A program made the position numbers and the translations under genes. From contig CAYVLY010000001.1 in the NCBI GenBank assembly GCA_964452565.1, positions 451,053 through 515,052 of the forward strand: a DNA stretch of 64,000 nucleotides. The letters run 5' to 3'. Numbering within the stretch: the first letter of the stretch is position 1; every line of letters begins with the position of its first letter. Below are positions 48,921 to 60,652 of this stretch, piece after piece. Origin of the DNA: an uncultured Gammaproteobacteria bacterium. Its GTDB lineage: Bacteria; Patescibacteriota; Patescibacteriia; UBA9934. The notes below the pieces were generated by a model, which was not told the DNA's origin, made no database searches, and saw only the letters and a program-made list of their open reading frames with translations.

Positions 48921-49184
48921 CTATTTCTTTTCCTTTGTTGTCTCTTCACCTTTCTCCGACTTTGCAGCCTTCTTTGCTGTTTTCTTTTCCAAAGTCTTTT
49001 CCACGGCTTCCATTCCACCAGTTACCTGCCGTCCTTTGTACTGCCCACACTCCTTACATGCAGTATGAGGAAGTCTGTTTGCCTTACAATTTGAACAAGT
49101 TGAGGTATCGGTTGCGTTAAGCGCGTGATGCGAACGTCGTCGACGTACTCGTGAGCGAGATTGTCTTGTTTTTGGTACTGACAT
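48921..49184 (-). CDS. rpmF: 50S ribosomal protein L32 (Zn-ribbon, extended tail)
   Basis: MSVPK..RRRRSH, CSNC...PHTACKECGQYKG. Confidence 0.96.
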   Translation of the reverse strand: MSVPKTRQSRSRVRRRRSHHALNATDTSTCSNCKANRLPHTACKECGQYKGRQVTGGMEAVEKTLEKKTAKKAAKSEKGEETTKEKK

Positions 49185-49305
49185 AGTTTCTATGATTAAC
49201 GCGAGCAGTGTAGCTGAGATTGACAAAAAGGTCAACAAATACATCTAAAGATGCACGAAACCGGCCCCAGCGGGACCGGTTGACGTCAGTCGTTGCTACC
49301 CCAGC

Positions 49306-49761
49306 CTACGCCGAAGCACACATAGCGGAACGACGCGGACGGCTCGGGAGGCGCGGATGCATACCACGGCGGGCACCAACCGACTCATTGACCTCAGGCT
49401 CATCACCATTGCGACCGAAGCGAACCTTCAGATGCAAACGCAGACTCCTTGCTTGCCTGGGCAGCAAATCACGTACGGCCAAACGAATCTCTTCTTCGAG
49501 CTCCTCGCTGCCACCCCCTCCCTTGCCGCACCCGACGACCCAGTGGCCATGATTCTGGTGCAGAACAATGACTGGATCTTGATCCCTGCTGGTTTGAGGT
49601 TCAACCCTGATCTCGAAGTTGTCCTCGAACTCGGTGATCCCATCGAACAGGTCGATATGCCTTTTCAGGACACCGGCGACTGTACCCAGAACAGCGCATA
49701 CGTGTTTGGGCTTGGTACTGCCGTACTGTCTGAAGGTGAGTGTGAAAAGCTTTGTAGTCAA
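49306..49761 (-). CDS. GC-rich orphan protein
   Basis: AAGGAG SD + TTG start, hairpin aaccggcccc/gggaccggtt downstream. Confidence 0.65.
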   Translation of the reverse strand: MTTKLFTLTFRQYGSTKPKHVCAVLGTVAGVLKRHIDLFDGITEFEDNFEIRVEPQTSRDQDPVIVLHQNHGHWVVGCGKGGGGSEELEEEIRLAVRDLLPRQARSLRLHLKVRFGRNGDEPEVNESVGARRGMHPRLPSRPRRSAMCASA

Positions 49762-49932
49762 AGTGACTGTCTCCTTCTGCTCTCATCTGCTTGGTTTTTG
49801 TCACACACGCGTTCCGAACCGTTCAATACGCGCCTGTGAGAATAACCAAAAACCCTAAATAGGTCAAGTAGGGCTTATTGGGCTCATCACAAAAGACCGA
49901 GCTCTATGGACTCGGTCTTTTAATTCTCCAAA

Positions 49933-52620
49933 TTACTTTTTCCTGGCTGGCTTCTTAGCCTTCTTCTTCACAGGTGTTTTCTTGGCAGAAGATTTTTTAT
50001 TCACAGTCTTCTTTTTTCTCTCTTTTACTTCAGGCTCCTTCTTTTCTTCTTTCTCAACCTTCTCAACAACTTCTTCTACCTCTTCCATAGCCTCATCAAC
50101 ATCAATCAAGGCAACGCTTGAAACTCGATCTCCTTCCTTTTTGAATCGCATTATCCGAACACCTTGGGTTGCTCGACTTAATGACGAAATCGAATTAACT
50201 GACATCCTGATAACCTGACCACCTTCTGAAATTGCCAACAGATCACGTCCATCTTTCTTTCGGACAATACGGGCTGATACAAGTTTTCCGGTCTTACTTG
50301 TTATCTTTGCGGTACGTATTCCCATTCCTCCGCGACCTTGGCGCTTGTACTCACGCACCGCGGTTCTCTTTCCATAACCGTTTTCCATGACAACCATAAG
50401 TTGCAGCTCCTTGTCATCGCCCTTTTCAACCGTTCCCATGCCAACAACCTTGTCATCACCCTTTAATCTTAGACCTCGAACACCTGAAGCAACACGTCCC
50501 ATAGATCGAACGTCTTGTTCACTAAATCTAATTGCCATTCCATTTGCTGTAGCTAGCACAACGTCATCTTTTCCTGATGAAATCCTTACCCACTCAAGCG
50601 CATCTCCATTCTTGAGCTTAATCGCAATCAAGCCTGATCGCCTTACGTTCTCAAAATCCTTCAAATCAGTCTTTTTGATAGTTCCCTTGTTTGTAACCAT
50701 GATGATAAACTTTGCGTCTTCAAGGTCTGACGGTGTCATTGTAGCTGTTACTGACTCACCTGGAGCCAACTGCAAGAAGTTTACAATAGCCTGACCCTTT
50801 GCTGTCCGCGATGCTTCAGGAATCTCATGAACCTTCAATTTGAATACCCGCCCGCTTGATGTGAAGAACATCACCTCTTTATGGGTTGTTGTAGTAAAAA
50901 TACTTTCTACCATGTCCTCTTCTTTTGTAGTAAGCCCTACAACGCCTTTTCCACCACGAGTTTGTTGCTTAAAGGTATCTGGTGAAATTCGTTTGATATA
51001 CCCATCCTTAGTCATCATCACGATTGTTTGGTCATCTGGGATAACATCTTCAATTGAAAACTCTTTTATTCCAGTCTTAACAATCTTAGTACGTCGATCT
51101 TCACCATGCTTTTCCATGACCTCAAGAGTTTCCTTTCGAATAACTGCCATTATCTTCTTCTTTGACTTTAGAATAGACTCAAGAGCCTTGATGATTGCCA
51201 TCTTTTCTTTATATTCCTGCTCAATCCTCATTTGCTCAAGATTTGCAAGACTTTGTAGTCGCATCTCAAGAATCGCCACAGCCTGACGCTCACTCATCTT
51301 AAATGACTTCATAAGATTAGCGCGCGCAACATCTTTATCCTTTGACTTCTTGATAGTCGCTATTACTTTGTCGATCTTGGCGAGTGCGATCCGCAACCCT
51401 TCCAAAATATGTGCACGTTCCTTAGCTCTGGCTAGATCGTATTCAGTACGACGTCGCACAACCTCCAGACGGTGGGCTAAAAACTCTTCAAGCATTATCT
51501 TCAATCCCAGCGTCCTAGGTTGCATTCCATTTTCAACAAGTGCAACAACATTGAAGTGGAATGTTGTTTGAAGCGGAGTCATTTGATACAAGCGGTTCAA
51601 AACCTTGCGTGGATATGAGTCCCTCTTAAGTTCGATAACTACACGGACCCCATCCTTGTTTGACTCATCTCGCAAATCCTTGATCCCATCGATTTTCTTC
51701 TCACGAACTAAGTTCGCAATCTTTTCCAAAAGCGATGCCTTGTTTACCATGTACGGCACCTCGGTAATCACAATATCGTGGGCACCCTTTCTAGCTTCAA
51801 TCACCTCAGCATTAGCTCGCACAACTACTCCACCCTTTCCAGTAGCATAAGCGGCTTTGATATCTCTGGAGCTATACGCGATTGCTCCTGTTGGAAAATC
51901 TGGTCCCTTAACATGCTTCAAGAGATCATCAAGCGTTGCCTTAGGGTTGTCGATCATTTCAATAACTGCGTTTCCAATCTCACGAAGGTTATGTGGTGGG
52001 ATATTTGTAGCCATTCCAACAGCGATTCCAAGCGTTCCATTTATCAAAAGATTTGGCATCTTCGCAGGCAATACACTTGGCTCCTTATTAGAGCCATCGT
52101 AGTTTGGTCGAAAATCAACAGTGTCCTTTTCAATATCTAAAAGCATTTCTTCTGCCACAGTTTCTAGCTTTGCCTCGGTATAACGCATGGCAGCAGCTGA
52201 GTCACCGTCCATTGATCCAAAGTTTCCCTGACCACGAACAAGTGTGTGACGGAAAGAAAAATCCTGGGCCATTCGCACCATGGTTTCGTAAATAGATGAG
52301 TCGCCGTGCGGATGGTACTTGGCCATCACCTCTCCAACTACATTTGCAGACTTACGAAACTTTGCATTTGCTCTCAGTCCAATAGTCCACATCGCATAGA
52401 GAATTCGACGCTGTACTGGCTTCAGTCCATCGCGAACATCAGGCAAAGCGCGTGAGACAATTACAGACATGGCATAATCCAAATAACAACGCTTCATCTC
52501 ATCTGTAATCCCCTGGGGGATAAGCTTTGTCTCCGAACTGGGTTCTGTGCTCCCTTCGACTCGCTTCACTCGCTCAGGGCCTTTGGCTGTCCTCTTCTTT
52601 GTTGTTTTCTTCTTTGGCAT
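49933..52620 (-). CDS. gyrA: DNA gyrase subunit A
   Basis: [18 protein letters not shown], GyrA-box QTRGGKG. Confidence 0.98.
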   Translation of the reverse strand: MPKKKTTKKRTAKGPERVKRVEGSTEPSSETKLIPQGITDEMKRCYLDYAMSVIVSRALPDVRDGLKPVQRRILYAMWTIGLRANAKFRKSANVVGEVMAKYHPHGDSSIYETMVRMAQDFSFRHTLVRGQGNFGSMDGDSAAAMRYTEAKLETVAEEMLLDIEKDTVDFRPNYDGSNKEPSVLPAKMPNLLINGTLGIAVGMATNIPPHNLREIGNAVIEMIDNPKATLDDLLKHVKGPDFPTGAIAYSSRDIKAAYATGKGGVVVRANAEVIEARKGAHDIVITEVPYMVNKASLLEKIANLVREKKIDGIKDLRDESNKDGVRVVIELKRDSYPRKVLNRLYQMTPLQTTFHFNVVALVENGMQPRTLGLKIMLEEFLAHRLEVVRRRTEYDLARAKERAHILEGLRIALAKIDKVIATIKKSKDKDVARANLMKSFKMSERQAVAILEMRLQSLANLEQMRIEQEYKEKMAIIKALESILKSKKKIMAVIRKETLEVMEKHGEDRRTKIVKTGIKEFSIEDVIPDDQTIVMMTKDGYIKRISPDTFKQQTRGGKGVVGLTTKEEDMVESIFTTTTHKEVMFFTSSGRVFKLKVHEIPEASRTAKGQAIVNFLQLAPGESVTATMTPSDLEDAKFIIMVTNKGTIKKTDLKDFENVRRSGLIAIKLKNGDALEWVRISSGKDDVVLATANGMAIRFSEQDVRSMGRVASGVRGLRLKGDDKVVGMGTVEKGDDKELQLMVVMENGYGKRTAVREYKRQGRGGMGIRTAKITSKTGKLVSARIVRKKDGRDLLAISEGGQVIRMSVNSISSLSRATQGVRIMRFKKEGDRVSSVALIDVDEAMEEVEEVVEKVEKEEKKEPEVKERKKKTVNKKSSAKKTPVKKKAKKPARKK

Positions 52621-52622
52621 AT

Positions 52623-53036
52623 TTATTCACTTGTTTGTTCATCTAACTCCTCTTGAGCTTGCTGCTCAGCTTCAAGCTGCTCTTGCAGTCTTGCAGCCGC
52701 CTCTTGTGCAACTGATTCAATGGCTTGACTCTCCTGATCCTCTTGCATAGCCCGCTCAGCTGCGTTTTGCGCATCAATCATCTCAACAATATTTTCAAAA
52801 TTATCAGCTACCCGTGGGAACTCCTGTTCCACCTCGCGCTGGAATGACTCTAGATCTTCTATTGTTTGAACATACTCATCTGAAAGCTCGTCACCTTCTT
52901 GAGCCATGGTGTCAGTGAATAAAGTACGCAACTGAAAGCCCCACACAATCAGCACGATCACCATCCCAACAATTACTGAAAAAATTATGAGGCGTTCTTT
53001 CTTCTTATCTTTTGTATGCATTTTCATATTACGCAC
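52623..53036 (-). CDS. Single-TM coiled-coil hypothetical protein
   Basis: N-terminal TM, E/Q-rich helix; co-oriented between MBL gene and gyrA. Confidence 0.75.
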   Translation of the reverse strand: MRNMKMHTKDKKKERLIIFSVIVGMVIVLIVWGFQLRTLFTDTMAQEGDELSDEYVQTIEDLESFQREVEQEFPRVADNFENIVEMIDAQNAAERAMQEDQESQAIESVAQEAAARLQEQLEAEQQAQEELDEQTSE

Positions 53037-53676
53037 GAGATAAAATCATCATACGCATATCCTCCTGCGGAAGACTGCTTTTAGTTATCTTGGCCTTATT
53101 TACCTCTTCTGTTGTACATCCAATCTCTTTGCAGAAATCTTTTACATCTGCAAACTTTTCCTTTACACCTTTTGCATGAGCATATGATGGGATGATCAAT
53201 CGCGGCTCAACTTGACCCACAACTTCAGCTGCTATCTTTGCACCCATAACGCTTTCTCCCCCAACAGGCACGATCAATACATCAATCTCTCCCAACGCCT
53301 CGACCTCATCATCTTCCAACTTTCGATCAAGCGCACCTAAAAATCCAATACGCACATCCTCAAGTGTCATTTTGTAAATTGTGTGAACTGAGTCATCCTT
53401 TTTTGGAGCCCTGATTCCCTGAACAAAAATGCCACGCACCTCATATTCTCCTGCATGCGTGATCTTGAATATATTTCTCTCTTCCTCTGGATTCACAGCA
53501 ACTAGGTTATTGGCATAATCTCCATCATGAGATTGAACCAAAATGGACGCTTTGAGCGTACGTGGAAAACGTAACCCCAAAGTGCCTTGATACGGATCTG
53601 TAACCAATATTGCCTCCCCATCAAGTGGCTTCCCCTTCATGGTGAAGCTCCCAAAACCATTCCAGCTTATGTTCAT
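53029..53676 (-). CDS. MBL-fold protein with degenerate metal ligands
   Basis: MNISWNG, LVTDPY, GEYEVRGI, DVLIVPVGG, EPRLIIPSY; SHDGDYA replaces HxHxDH. Confidence 0.85.
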   Translation of the reverse strand: MNISWNGFGSFTMKGKPLDGEAILVTDPYQGTLGLRFPRTLKASILVQSHDGDYANNLVAVNPEEERNIFKITHAGEYEVRGIFVQGIRAPKKDDSVHTIYKMTLEDVRIGFLGALDRKLEDDEVEALGEIDVLIVPVGGESVMGAKIAAEVVGQVEPRLIIPSYAHAKGVKEKFADVKDFCKEIGCTTEEVNKAKITKSSLPQEDMRMMILSRA

Positions 53677-53760
53677 AAAAACGTCAAAAAACCAATATTT
53701 AGCGTGTCTATTGTAGCACGGATACGCATGAGAGTACAGTATCAACAAGCCTTGTTGACC

Positions 53761-54069
53761 ATGAAGATTTTGAGGAATACTCTGCATGCAGAACTCACAT
53801 CCTTGGAGGGATTGATGGGCCAGAATATCGAGATTCGAATCGGGGCAATAGATGGTGCCGCAGCAGCTGTGATGATGGCTGAGATGTGCACAAAAGGATC
53901 AATTCGAGCGATCGACGAAGGCCAACAACGTATTCCATTCAATGGAAGTAGGCTCGAAATCAATGTTGTCAGGTTTGTACTTGCGCCCGACAGCAGCGCT
54001 GCCTTGCTCGTACAAATCTTGCACCAAATCAGAAAACCTGGATTCCTCGTGCTGACAGACACGTCCTAA
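53761..54069 (+). CDS. Orphan protein
   Basis: Open frame ending at GC hairpin ccccacg/cgtgggg + T run; start uncertain. Confidence 0.55.
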   Translation: MKILRNTLHAELTSLEGLMGQNIEIRIGAIDGAAAAVMMAEMCTKGSIRAIDEGQQRIPFNGSRLEINVVRFVLAPDSSAALLVQILHQIRKPGFLVLTDTS

Positions 54070-54150
54070 CCCCACGCCCTCGCGCGTGGGGCTCGTGCTT
54101 TTGTAAATAAAAACCCATAAGTCTTATAGGACCTATGGGTCTTATTATCT

Positions 54151-54828
54151 TTAATCCTCGGTCTCGTGCAAAACCGTATTCCAGTACTCAAGCTCTTTTT
54201 TAACTTCTTCTTCAGACGGATCACGCTCTACGATCGACCACCCCTCTTCAAGCCGATCACACACACTGTCAATCTCCCCTTTCCATTTATCATCTTCATC
54301 TCCCATCGCACGCAGATTATCGATCAGTCCTTGCAAACGCGCTGACTCCTTTTGCCAATCCTCAACCAAAGTCTCATACTGCTGCTGTTTCTTTTGCGCA
54401 CGCTCGTCGCATTGATGATCCAATGTATCCTCAGCCAACAAGATTGCCTGCTCGATCTGTAAACGCTCCTCAGGCTCAAGCTGCTCAAACATATCACTTG
54501 ATATGTAGTCATCAAGCATCACGCCGTGCTGTACAACCGCATGGACTTTCTTTTTCACCTCCTCATCAATCCGATCAAATACAAGCTTCTGCAAACGCTG
54601 CTCCTCATCTCCGGCGCACAGCTCATTGTAAGCCTTTCGATATGGAAATTCTTTCCGACCGATCAAGCTAAGAGCTTGATGGATCTGCTTGGTGGTTGCG
54701 TCCATGTTTTCCGAAAGTTCCTTATGAAGCGCAAGCGCCTGTTCCTTCACCTCAGCTGGCGTAAGCGGCACAAGCTTATCGATCGAAATCTTAAATTCAT
54801 CTAAATAAGATTGATGTGGATGTTTCAT
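54151..54828 (-). CDS. Acidic helical hypothetical protein
   Basis: 225-aa ORF with host-like codon usage and terminator. Confidence 0.8.
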   Translation of the reverse strand: MKHPHQSYLDEFKISIDKLVPLTPAEVKEQALALHKELSENMDATTKQIHQALSLIGRKEFPYRKAYNELCAGDEEQRLQKLVFDRIDEEVKKKVHAVVQHGVMLDDYISSDMFEQLEPEERLQIEQAILLAEDTLDHQCDERAQKKQQQYETLVEDWQKESARLQGLIDNLRAMGDEDDKWKGEIDSVCDRLEEGWSIVERDPSEEEVKKELEYWNTVLHETED

Positions 54829-54842
54829 ATGGACTTATTATA

Positions 54843-54918
54843 ACGCAGAAAGCAGAACGCAGAAAGCAGAACGCAGAAAAACTAAACTGTGTTCCGAGTT
54901 CTGTTTTCTGTATTCTGT
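54843..54918. repeat. Heptamer tandem repeat (GCAGAAA/GCAGAAC) with inverted partner
   Basis: aacgcagaaagcagaacgcagaaagcagaacgcagaaaa ... gttctgttttctgtattctg. Confidence 0.85.
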
Positions 54919-55010
54919 AAATAAAGCACAATTCCCCGCGCCAGCCAGAGTGGCCGGGGCGGGGTTGAAGTGAGTTGTATCGCTGTTGATGTCTACAGCG
55001 ACTCGGCGTG

Positions 55011-55958
55011 CTATGCGGTCAGCCGACCTGAGCGGATGAGGTGTAGGAGCTGAAACCCTCGCTCACCAAGCAAGACGCCGCTGAGGTGCGGTAGTGCCCG
55101 TTCCAGATCTGATCCCTGCCGGCTGGCGTCATGCAGCCTAGCTTCGAGACGATCGCGACCATCTCCGAGCCTAGCAAGCGTCTTGGCTACATTGGGCACC
55201 AGCAGGAAGCTCGTACCAGCTGCCCGGAAAAGTCCCAGGTCAGTCTTGGGCGAATCACCAACACTAAGTACGCGCGGCAAAGGAATCTGCTGCTTTTGCG
55301 CCCAAAAAGCGAGCACATCCCCCTTGTTGAAGTCATGGACAACCGTTCTTGGCCAATAGCCAGAAATTTCATCGAGCCCATTCCAACTCAAGGACAACGC
55401 TCGTATGCTAAGCCGCCGATAATCTTCTGGCGTGAAAAAATGCCATGCCCACATTTCTATCGCATCCAAAAGCCCGTAGGAGGCAAACATGACCGGTTCT
55501 TCTGATGCATCCTGAGTAAGGAACGTCCTGAGGAATGTCTCAAGACCCAGACGGGGTGTGAAATCTTTGACAAGTTGCTGGAAGCTGATCTTGTCTACCT
55601 TGGCTGCAGCCAGACGGTCGACCGTGCGGAAGATCCAGTCCTCGAGCGCCTCCGGGCTATCGAACTCGCCGGCCAGATACTGACGCAGTTCGGCCAGATC
55701 AGCGTCCATGTCGACCTTGCTCATCAAGGCGCGAGTAGCGCCGAACGTCTGACCAGCATGAACCGTGCCGTCGAAGTCCAAGGCAGCGCCCTCGGCCTGC
55801 CTGACTCGCTCAAGCACCTGCTCAACCTCGGATCTCTCGAGATTCACAGCCAGAATATCTTCTTCCGGCCCAGCCCGCCCCATGAGATGGCGCAGCTCAT
55901 TGATACCTCTGAAACCAACAACCCGGAACGTATGACCATCATCCGTTTGAAAGGACAT
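55011..55958 (-). CDS. HAD-superfamily hydrolase
   Basis: LDFDGT motif I, K in FNKGD, VGDSPKTD motif IV; GGAGG SD. Confidence 0.85.
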   Translation of the reverse strand: MSFQTDDGHTFRVVGFRGINELRHLMGRAGPEEDILAVNLERSEVEQVLERVRQAEGAALDFDGTVHAGQTFGATRALMSKVDMDADLAELRQYLAGEFDSPEALEDWIFRTVDRLAAAKVDKISFQQLVKDFTPRLGLETFLRTFLTQDASEEPVMFASYGLLDAIEMWAWHFFTPEDYRRLSIRALSLSWNGLDEISGYWPRTVVHDFNKGDVLAFWAQKQQIPLPRVLSVGDSPKTDLGLFRAAGTSFLLVPNVAKTLARLGDGRDRLEARLHDASRQGSDLERALPHLSGVLLGERGFQLLHLIRSGRLTA

Positions 55959-56046
55959 CCTGACCTCCATTGAAATACTGCGCCTGATTGCGCCTCAGGA
56001 TTGTTGAAACGTTAGCAAAAAAGAACCAATGGGTCAAAAAACAAAT

Positions 56047-56129
56047 TTGTCACCCCTGCGTAGGCAGGGGTCCATCGTTATATCTAGTTCAATAGTCGAT
56101 GGATCCCGGCTCTACGGCCGGGATGACAA
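56047..56129. repeat. REP-like doublet (GTCAYCCC...GGATGAC type)
   Basis: ttgtcacccctgcgtaggcaggggtccatcg ... cgatggatcccggctctacggccgggatgacaa. Confidence 0.85.
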
Positions 56130-56244
56130 GTCAGTATTGACCTTTTCACCAACATCAGCTACACTTCCCGCGTTCGATAACAAACTAATTATTAGCACCT
56201 GAAGCCCATGATCCACTAAGGATTATCGGAATCAGGCACAACAT

Positions 56245-57468
56245 ATGACAGATACACAGAATTCTCAGCTTTCTAGCTTGCTGGAGAGCGACCAGTATCT
56301 CAACATCCCTGAACTCGGTGCGCTTATTACTGCCACCGTTCTTTCTATTAAGGGGCGAGAGGTGCGATTGGATATTAATGGACTCACCACTGGTGTTGTT
56401 CGTGGACGTGAGCTTTTCACAGAAGGTGGGGCTTACAGCAACATTAAACGAGGAGATAAAGTAGAGGCAACAGTTGTTGACCTTGAAAACGAAAACGGTG
56501 AAATGGAACTTTCATTCCGATTCGCTGGAAACAAAAAAGCATGGGAGGACATGCAGGAACAGTTCCAACAGAATGACCCGGTTGAGGTCAAGGTTTTGGA
56601 TGCTAACAAGGGTGGGCTTATTGTTAAACTCAATCACATCACTGGATTTTTGCCAGTTTCTCAACTTGCTCCTGAAAACTACCCACGCGTAAGTGGTGGT
56701 GACAAAGGAAAGATTCTTGAAAAGCTTAAGAGCTTTGTTGGAAAGAAGATGCGTGTGCAGATTCTTGATATGAATGCTGATGATGAGAAGCTTATTGTTT
56801 CTGAAAAAACAATTTGGGAGTCAGAGCAAAAGAATGTTATCTCAAAGATCAATGTTGGAGACATGATTGAAGGTGAAATTACAGCACTTGCTGACTTTGG
56901 AGCATTTGTGAAGTTTATCCCTGAAGGATCAGATGCAAGTGGCGCTCTTGAAGGATTGGTTCACATCTCTGAAATCGCTTGGCAAAGAATTGATCATCCG
57001 CGAGACCTTTTGAAGGCTGGTGAAACCGTTAAGGCAGAAATCATTGGAATCGATGGAAGCAAAATCTTCCTTTCAATGAAAAAACTTAAGGAAGATCCAT
57101 GGGCTGATGTTGAAGAAAAGTATAAGATCGGTGACACAGTAGAGGGAACGGTTCTTAAGAGTAATCCATTTGGACTTTTTGTAGAGCTTGATAAGGACAT
57201 TCACGGACTGGCTCACATTTCAGAGCTTTCAGAAAAGCCAGTTGATCATCCGTCTAAGGTTGCAAAGGCCGGTGATTTGATGAAATTCAAGATTGTATCA
57301 ATCGAGCCAAAGGAACATCGTCTAGGACTTTCACTCCGAGCGCTCGAGGCTAAGCCAAAGGCTGAGAAGACAGACAAAGCACAGGGTGAAGAAAAGCCAG
57401 CTGAAAATCCTGAGCCTGTCGAGGCGCCTGAGGCTGAAGAGAAGTCTACAGAGGAAGCGCCTGTTTAA
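56245..57468 (+). CDS. rpsA: 30S ribosomal protein S1 (short, four S1 domains)
   Basis: NKGGL, GFLPVSQL, DFGAFV, EGLVHISE, GLAHISEL. Confidence 0.93.
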   Translation: MTDTQNSQLSSLLESDQYLNIPELGALITATVLSIKGREVRLDINGLTTGVVRGRELFTEGGAYSNIKRGDKVEATVVDLENENGEMELSFRFAGNKKAWEDMQEQFQQNDPVEVKVLDANKGGLIVKLNHITGFLPVSQLAPENYPRVSGGDKGKILEKLKSFVGKKMRVQILDMNADDEKLIVSEKTIWESEQKNVISKINVGDMIEGEITALADFGAFVKFIPEGSDASGALEGLVHISEIAWQRIDHPRDLLKAGETVKAEIIGIDGSKIFLSMKKLKEDPWADVEEKYKIGDTVEGTVLKSNPFGLFVELDKDIHGLAHISELSEKPVDHPSKVAKAGDLMKFKIVSIEPKEHRLGLSLRALEAKPKAEKTDKAQGEEKPAENPEPVEAPEAEEKSTEEAPV

Positions 57469-57716
57469 GTTACTGAAGAAGAGACAAAGACAGAAAAGGC
57501 AGCTGAGTAAAATCAACAGCAACAAAACCTCGTTATCTACTTACCATCTCGAGGAGCGTAGCGACGAGAGATCTTCTCAAGAAGTTTTCTCCCTACAGTC
57601 GAAATGGTGAAAGGGCGGGGTTTTGTGATTGAAAAGCCCCCACCCATGCTTGACAGGGAGTTGTTTTTCTGCTATCTTGCGACCTTGCCATCACTCCAAC
57701 ATGAAAGGGAACCGTC

Positions 57717-58001
57717 ATGGCAATGACCCGAAGCCCCATAGTCTTTCACTTGACCGTGCGGGTTACAGCAAGGCAACAGCAAGCAATCCGTACCGGACCT
57801 CCCCTCTGCGTCTCCCTGAAGAAGATCGTTCGTGTCGAGCGCATCAGGCACATCGACTACGAATTCGAGATCGAGCTCAGGTTCGAATTCGATGAACGCC
57901 TCGACGACGCACCCATGGTCTTCTTCACCCTCATGTCTATCCTCAGCACGGATGGCATGCCGTTTGAAGTCATCCGTATCACTGACGGAACCTCGGGCTG
58001 A
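57717..58001 (+). CDS. GC-rich orphan protein
   Basis: TTGACA-17-TATCTT promoter, AAGGGA SD, terminator cgacaccc/gggtgtcg. Confidence 0.65.
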   Translation: MAMTRSPIVFHLTVRVTARQQQAIRTGPPLCVSLKKIVRVERIRHIDYEFEIELRFEFDERLDDAPMVFFTLMSILSTDGMPFEVIRITDGTSG

Positions 58002-58178
58002 GACGACAATCAGTCCCCTTTGGCCGTATCTGGCCTGTTCGACACCCACGACTGGGGTGTCGATTTCTTTTACTATTGACATGGTGCCTATTCCCTGCTA
58101 AGTTCCATGGCTTTCAAAGATGCGGTATGATTTGAACAAAGGTTCAATTCAGACCCCACCTTTCGAAAGGAGTGTCCC

Positions 58179-58469
58179 TTGAAGCTTGCAACCTTGACCA
58201 TCGGAGCCGCCTACTACATCCTTGGAGCAGTGTTCATCCTGCTGAGCCTCCTGCCCATGGGCGCCACGATCCTCTTCGTGGTATCTATTGTGAGACTCAC
58301 GATGAACCAAGCAATCAATGCTGATCTGATCACGACCATAGCCATCGCCTGCTCTGAGATCGGCATCATGACCATCGCCACTATAATCCTGGTCAAGTGG
58401 GCCATCGGTGTATTCAAGTGCACCAAGACACACACAGCCTGGATGCGCCACCGCCTGCAAGCACTCTAG
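58179..58469 (+). CDS. Small membrane orphan protein
   Basis: TTGACA promoter at 58076, AAGGAG SD + TTG, hydrophobic, terminator gacaccc/gggtgtc. Confidence 0.7.
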   Translation: MKLATLTIGAAYYILGAVFILLSLLPMGATILFVVSIVRLTMNQAINADLITTIAIACSEIGIMTIATIILVKWAIGVFKCTKTHTAWMRHRLQAL

Positions 58470-58681
58470 TCGAAAATCGACTCTCGACACTCCCCTCTCG
58501 ACACCCTCTGGGGTGTCTTCTGCTTTGGGTTGCCAAAAGCCGCATTTTTTGGCATGATGCACGCGCTAAAAGGGTTGAAATGTTTAACCGCTCGGCCTCC
58601 CGCCTCGCTTGTTGAATATGTTGACGATTGTAATTTCCGACATAAACAATTTCAACACCTTTAACATATTAAACATCCACT

Positions 58682-60511
58682 ATGAAACCACTATCAAAAA
58701 ATCTAATTATCTTCTTTCTTGTTGTATTGGCGCTGGGAGTCATCTTTTCTTCATATAACCTCAAAGGTGATGAACCTGAGGTTATTGGTACTTCAGATCT
58801 AGTTGAAAAAATCACCAATAACGAAATCGACCGAATCGAAGTTGAGGAAGACACACTTTCAATCTTTGCACTTGATGAGACTGAGTATGAGGTGAAGAAG
58901 GAGTCAGGTGAATCACTTTCTGACCTTCTTACAAACTACGGAATTACGAGCGAGCAACTTGCAGCAGTAAATATCCAAGTTGTTGAACCAAGCATGTGGA
59001 TCTCACTTCTTCGAACAATCCTTCCGACTCTTATCTTCTTGATTGGATTCCTAGTCATCTTCTGGTTTTTGATAAATCAGATGCAGGGGGCAAATAATCG
59101 AGCAATGAGCTTTGGGCAATCAAAAGCAAAAGAAGTAACCAGTAAAAAAGATCGGGTATCATTTAAAGACGTTGCAGGTGAAGCAGAATCAAAAGAAGAA
59201 CTAACTGAAGTTGTTGATTTTCTAAAATCTCCAAAAAAGTACACGGAGGTAGGAGCAAAAATTCCTAAGGGAGTGCTTCTAATGGGTCCCCCAGGAACTG
59301 GTAAGACCTTACTTGCCCGGGCAGTAGCAGGAGAGGCCAATGTTCCATTCTTCCATATCTCAGGTTCTGAGTTTGTGGAGATGTTCGTAGGAGTTGGAGC
59401 TTCTCGTGTGCGTGACTTGTTTGCAAAAGCAAAGAAGGCGGCGCCATGTATTATATTTATTGATGAGATCGATGCTGTTGGACGCCAACGCGGAGCTGGA
59501 CTTGGAGGTGGGCATGATGAACGAGAGCAGACACTAAACCAAATCTTGGTTGAGATGGACGGGTTTGCACCAAACAATGGAGTCATTCTAATTGCTGCCA
59601 CTAACCGACCAGATGTTCTTGACCCTGCGCTATTACGACCCGGACGATTTGATCGACGTATTACCCTTGATCTTCCACCACTTAAAGATCGAAAGGCAAT
59701 TCTAGACATCCACGCCAAAGGCAAGCCACTTGAGGACAATGTTGATGTTGAACGCATTGCACAAAGAACTGTGGGATTCTCAGGAGCAGACCTAATGAAT
59801 ATCATGAACGAAGGTGCGATCTTAGCTGCTCGAAATAACAACAAAACTATCTCACAGAAGAATCTACTTGATGCGATTGAGAAGGTAATGCTCGGACCTG
59901 AACGCAAGAGCAGCATCTTGTCTGATAAAGAACGCAAAGTCACTGCATATCACGAAGCAGGTCATGCCATTGTTGGACACATGCTTCCAAACTGCGATGA
60001 TGTTCATAAAATCTCAATAATCTCACGAGGACGCGCTGCAGGATACACCATGAGTCTTCCAAGTGAGGACAAGAAGATGCACTTCCGTGCGGAGTTCATT
60101 GATGATCTTGCAATGATGCTTGCTGGGTACGCTATTGAGAAGCAAACCTTCGGGGATATCACAACAGGAGCATCAAATGACCTGCAACGGGCCACGAAAC
60201 TTGCAAAAAACCTAATCACTCAATATGGAATGAGTGACAAGATGGGACCGAGAACATATGGAGAGCGCGAAGATCTGGTATTCCTTGGAAAAGAGATAAA
60301 AGATCGACGCAACTACTCTGAACAAACTGCACAAGAGATTGATGAAGAAATTCTACGACTTGTTAACGACGCGCTCGAAACCGCCAACAAGGTTGTAAAA
60401 GAAAACAACGAAAAGGTTGAAAAAATAGTTGAAGTTCTTCTTGAGAAAGAAACAATTGAGAAAGAGCAGTTTGAAGAACTCATGGGACCAAAGGTTGAAG
60501 AAAAAGAATAG
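58682..60511 (+). CDS. ftsH: ATP-dependent zinc metalloprotease FtsH
   Basis: 2 [29 protein letters not shown]. Confidence 0.99.
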   Translation: MKPLSKNLIIFFLVVLALGVIFSSYNLKGDEPEVIGTSDLVEKITNNEIDRIEVEEDTLSIFALDETEYEVKKESGESLSDLLTNYGITSEQLAAVNIQVVEPSMWISLLRTILPTLIFLIGFLVIFWFLINQMQGANNRAMSFGQSKAKEVTSKKDRVSFKDVAGEAESKEELTEVVDFLKSPKKYTEVGAKIPKGVLLMGPPGTGKTLLARAVAGEANVPFFHISGSEFVEMFVGVGASRVRDLFAKAKKAAPCIIFIDEIDAVGRQRGAGLGGGHDEREQTLNQILVEMDGFAPNNGVILIAATNRPDVLDPALLRPGRFDRRITLDLPPLKDRKAILDIHAKGKPLEDNVDVERIAQRTVGFSGADLMNIMNEGAILAARNNNKTISQKNLLDAIEKVMLGPERKSSILSDKERKVTAYHEAGHAIVGHMLPNCDDVHKISIISRGRAAGYTMSLPSEDKKMHFRAEFIDDLAMMLAGYAIEKQTFGDITTGASNDLQRATKLAKNLITQYGMSDKMGPRTYGEREDLVFLGKEIKDRRNYSEQTAQEIDEEILRLVNDALETANKVVKENNEKVEKIVEVLLEKETIEKEQFEELMGPKVEEKE

Positions 60512-60652
60512 TCAAAAAAACCGCCAAGCTCAACTTGGTGGTTTTTTATTATACATAAAGAACCCCCACGCGAACGCAGGGGTTCGAGGGGGCAACCGCA
60601 TTTTATAAAAAAGACCACCCTGCAAAGAGGGGCGGCCTCTTGAGGGTGGGTA

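Noticed and set aside
59077-59943. 288-aa minus-strand ORF
   Set aside because: Antisense shadow of ftsH; same for the many short ORFs opposite r-protein genes, tuf, fusA and gyrA
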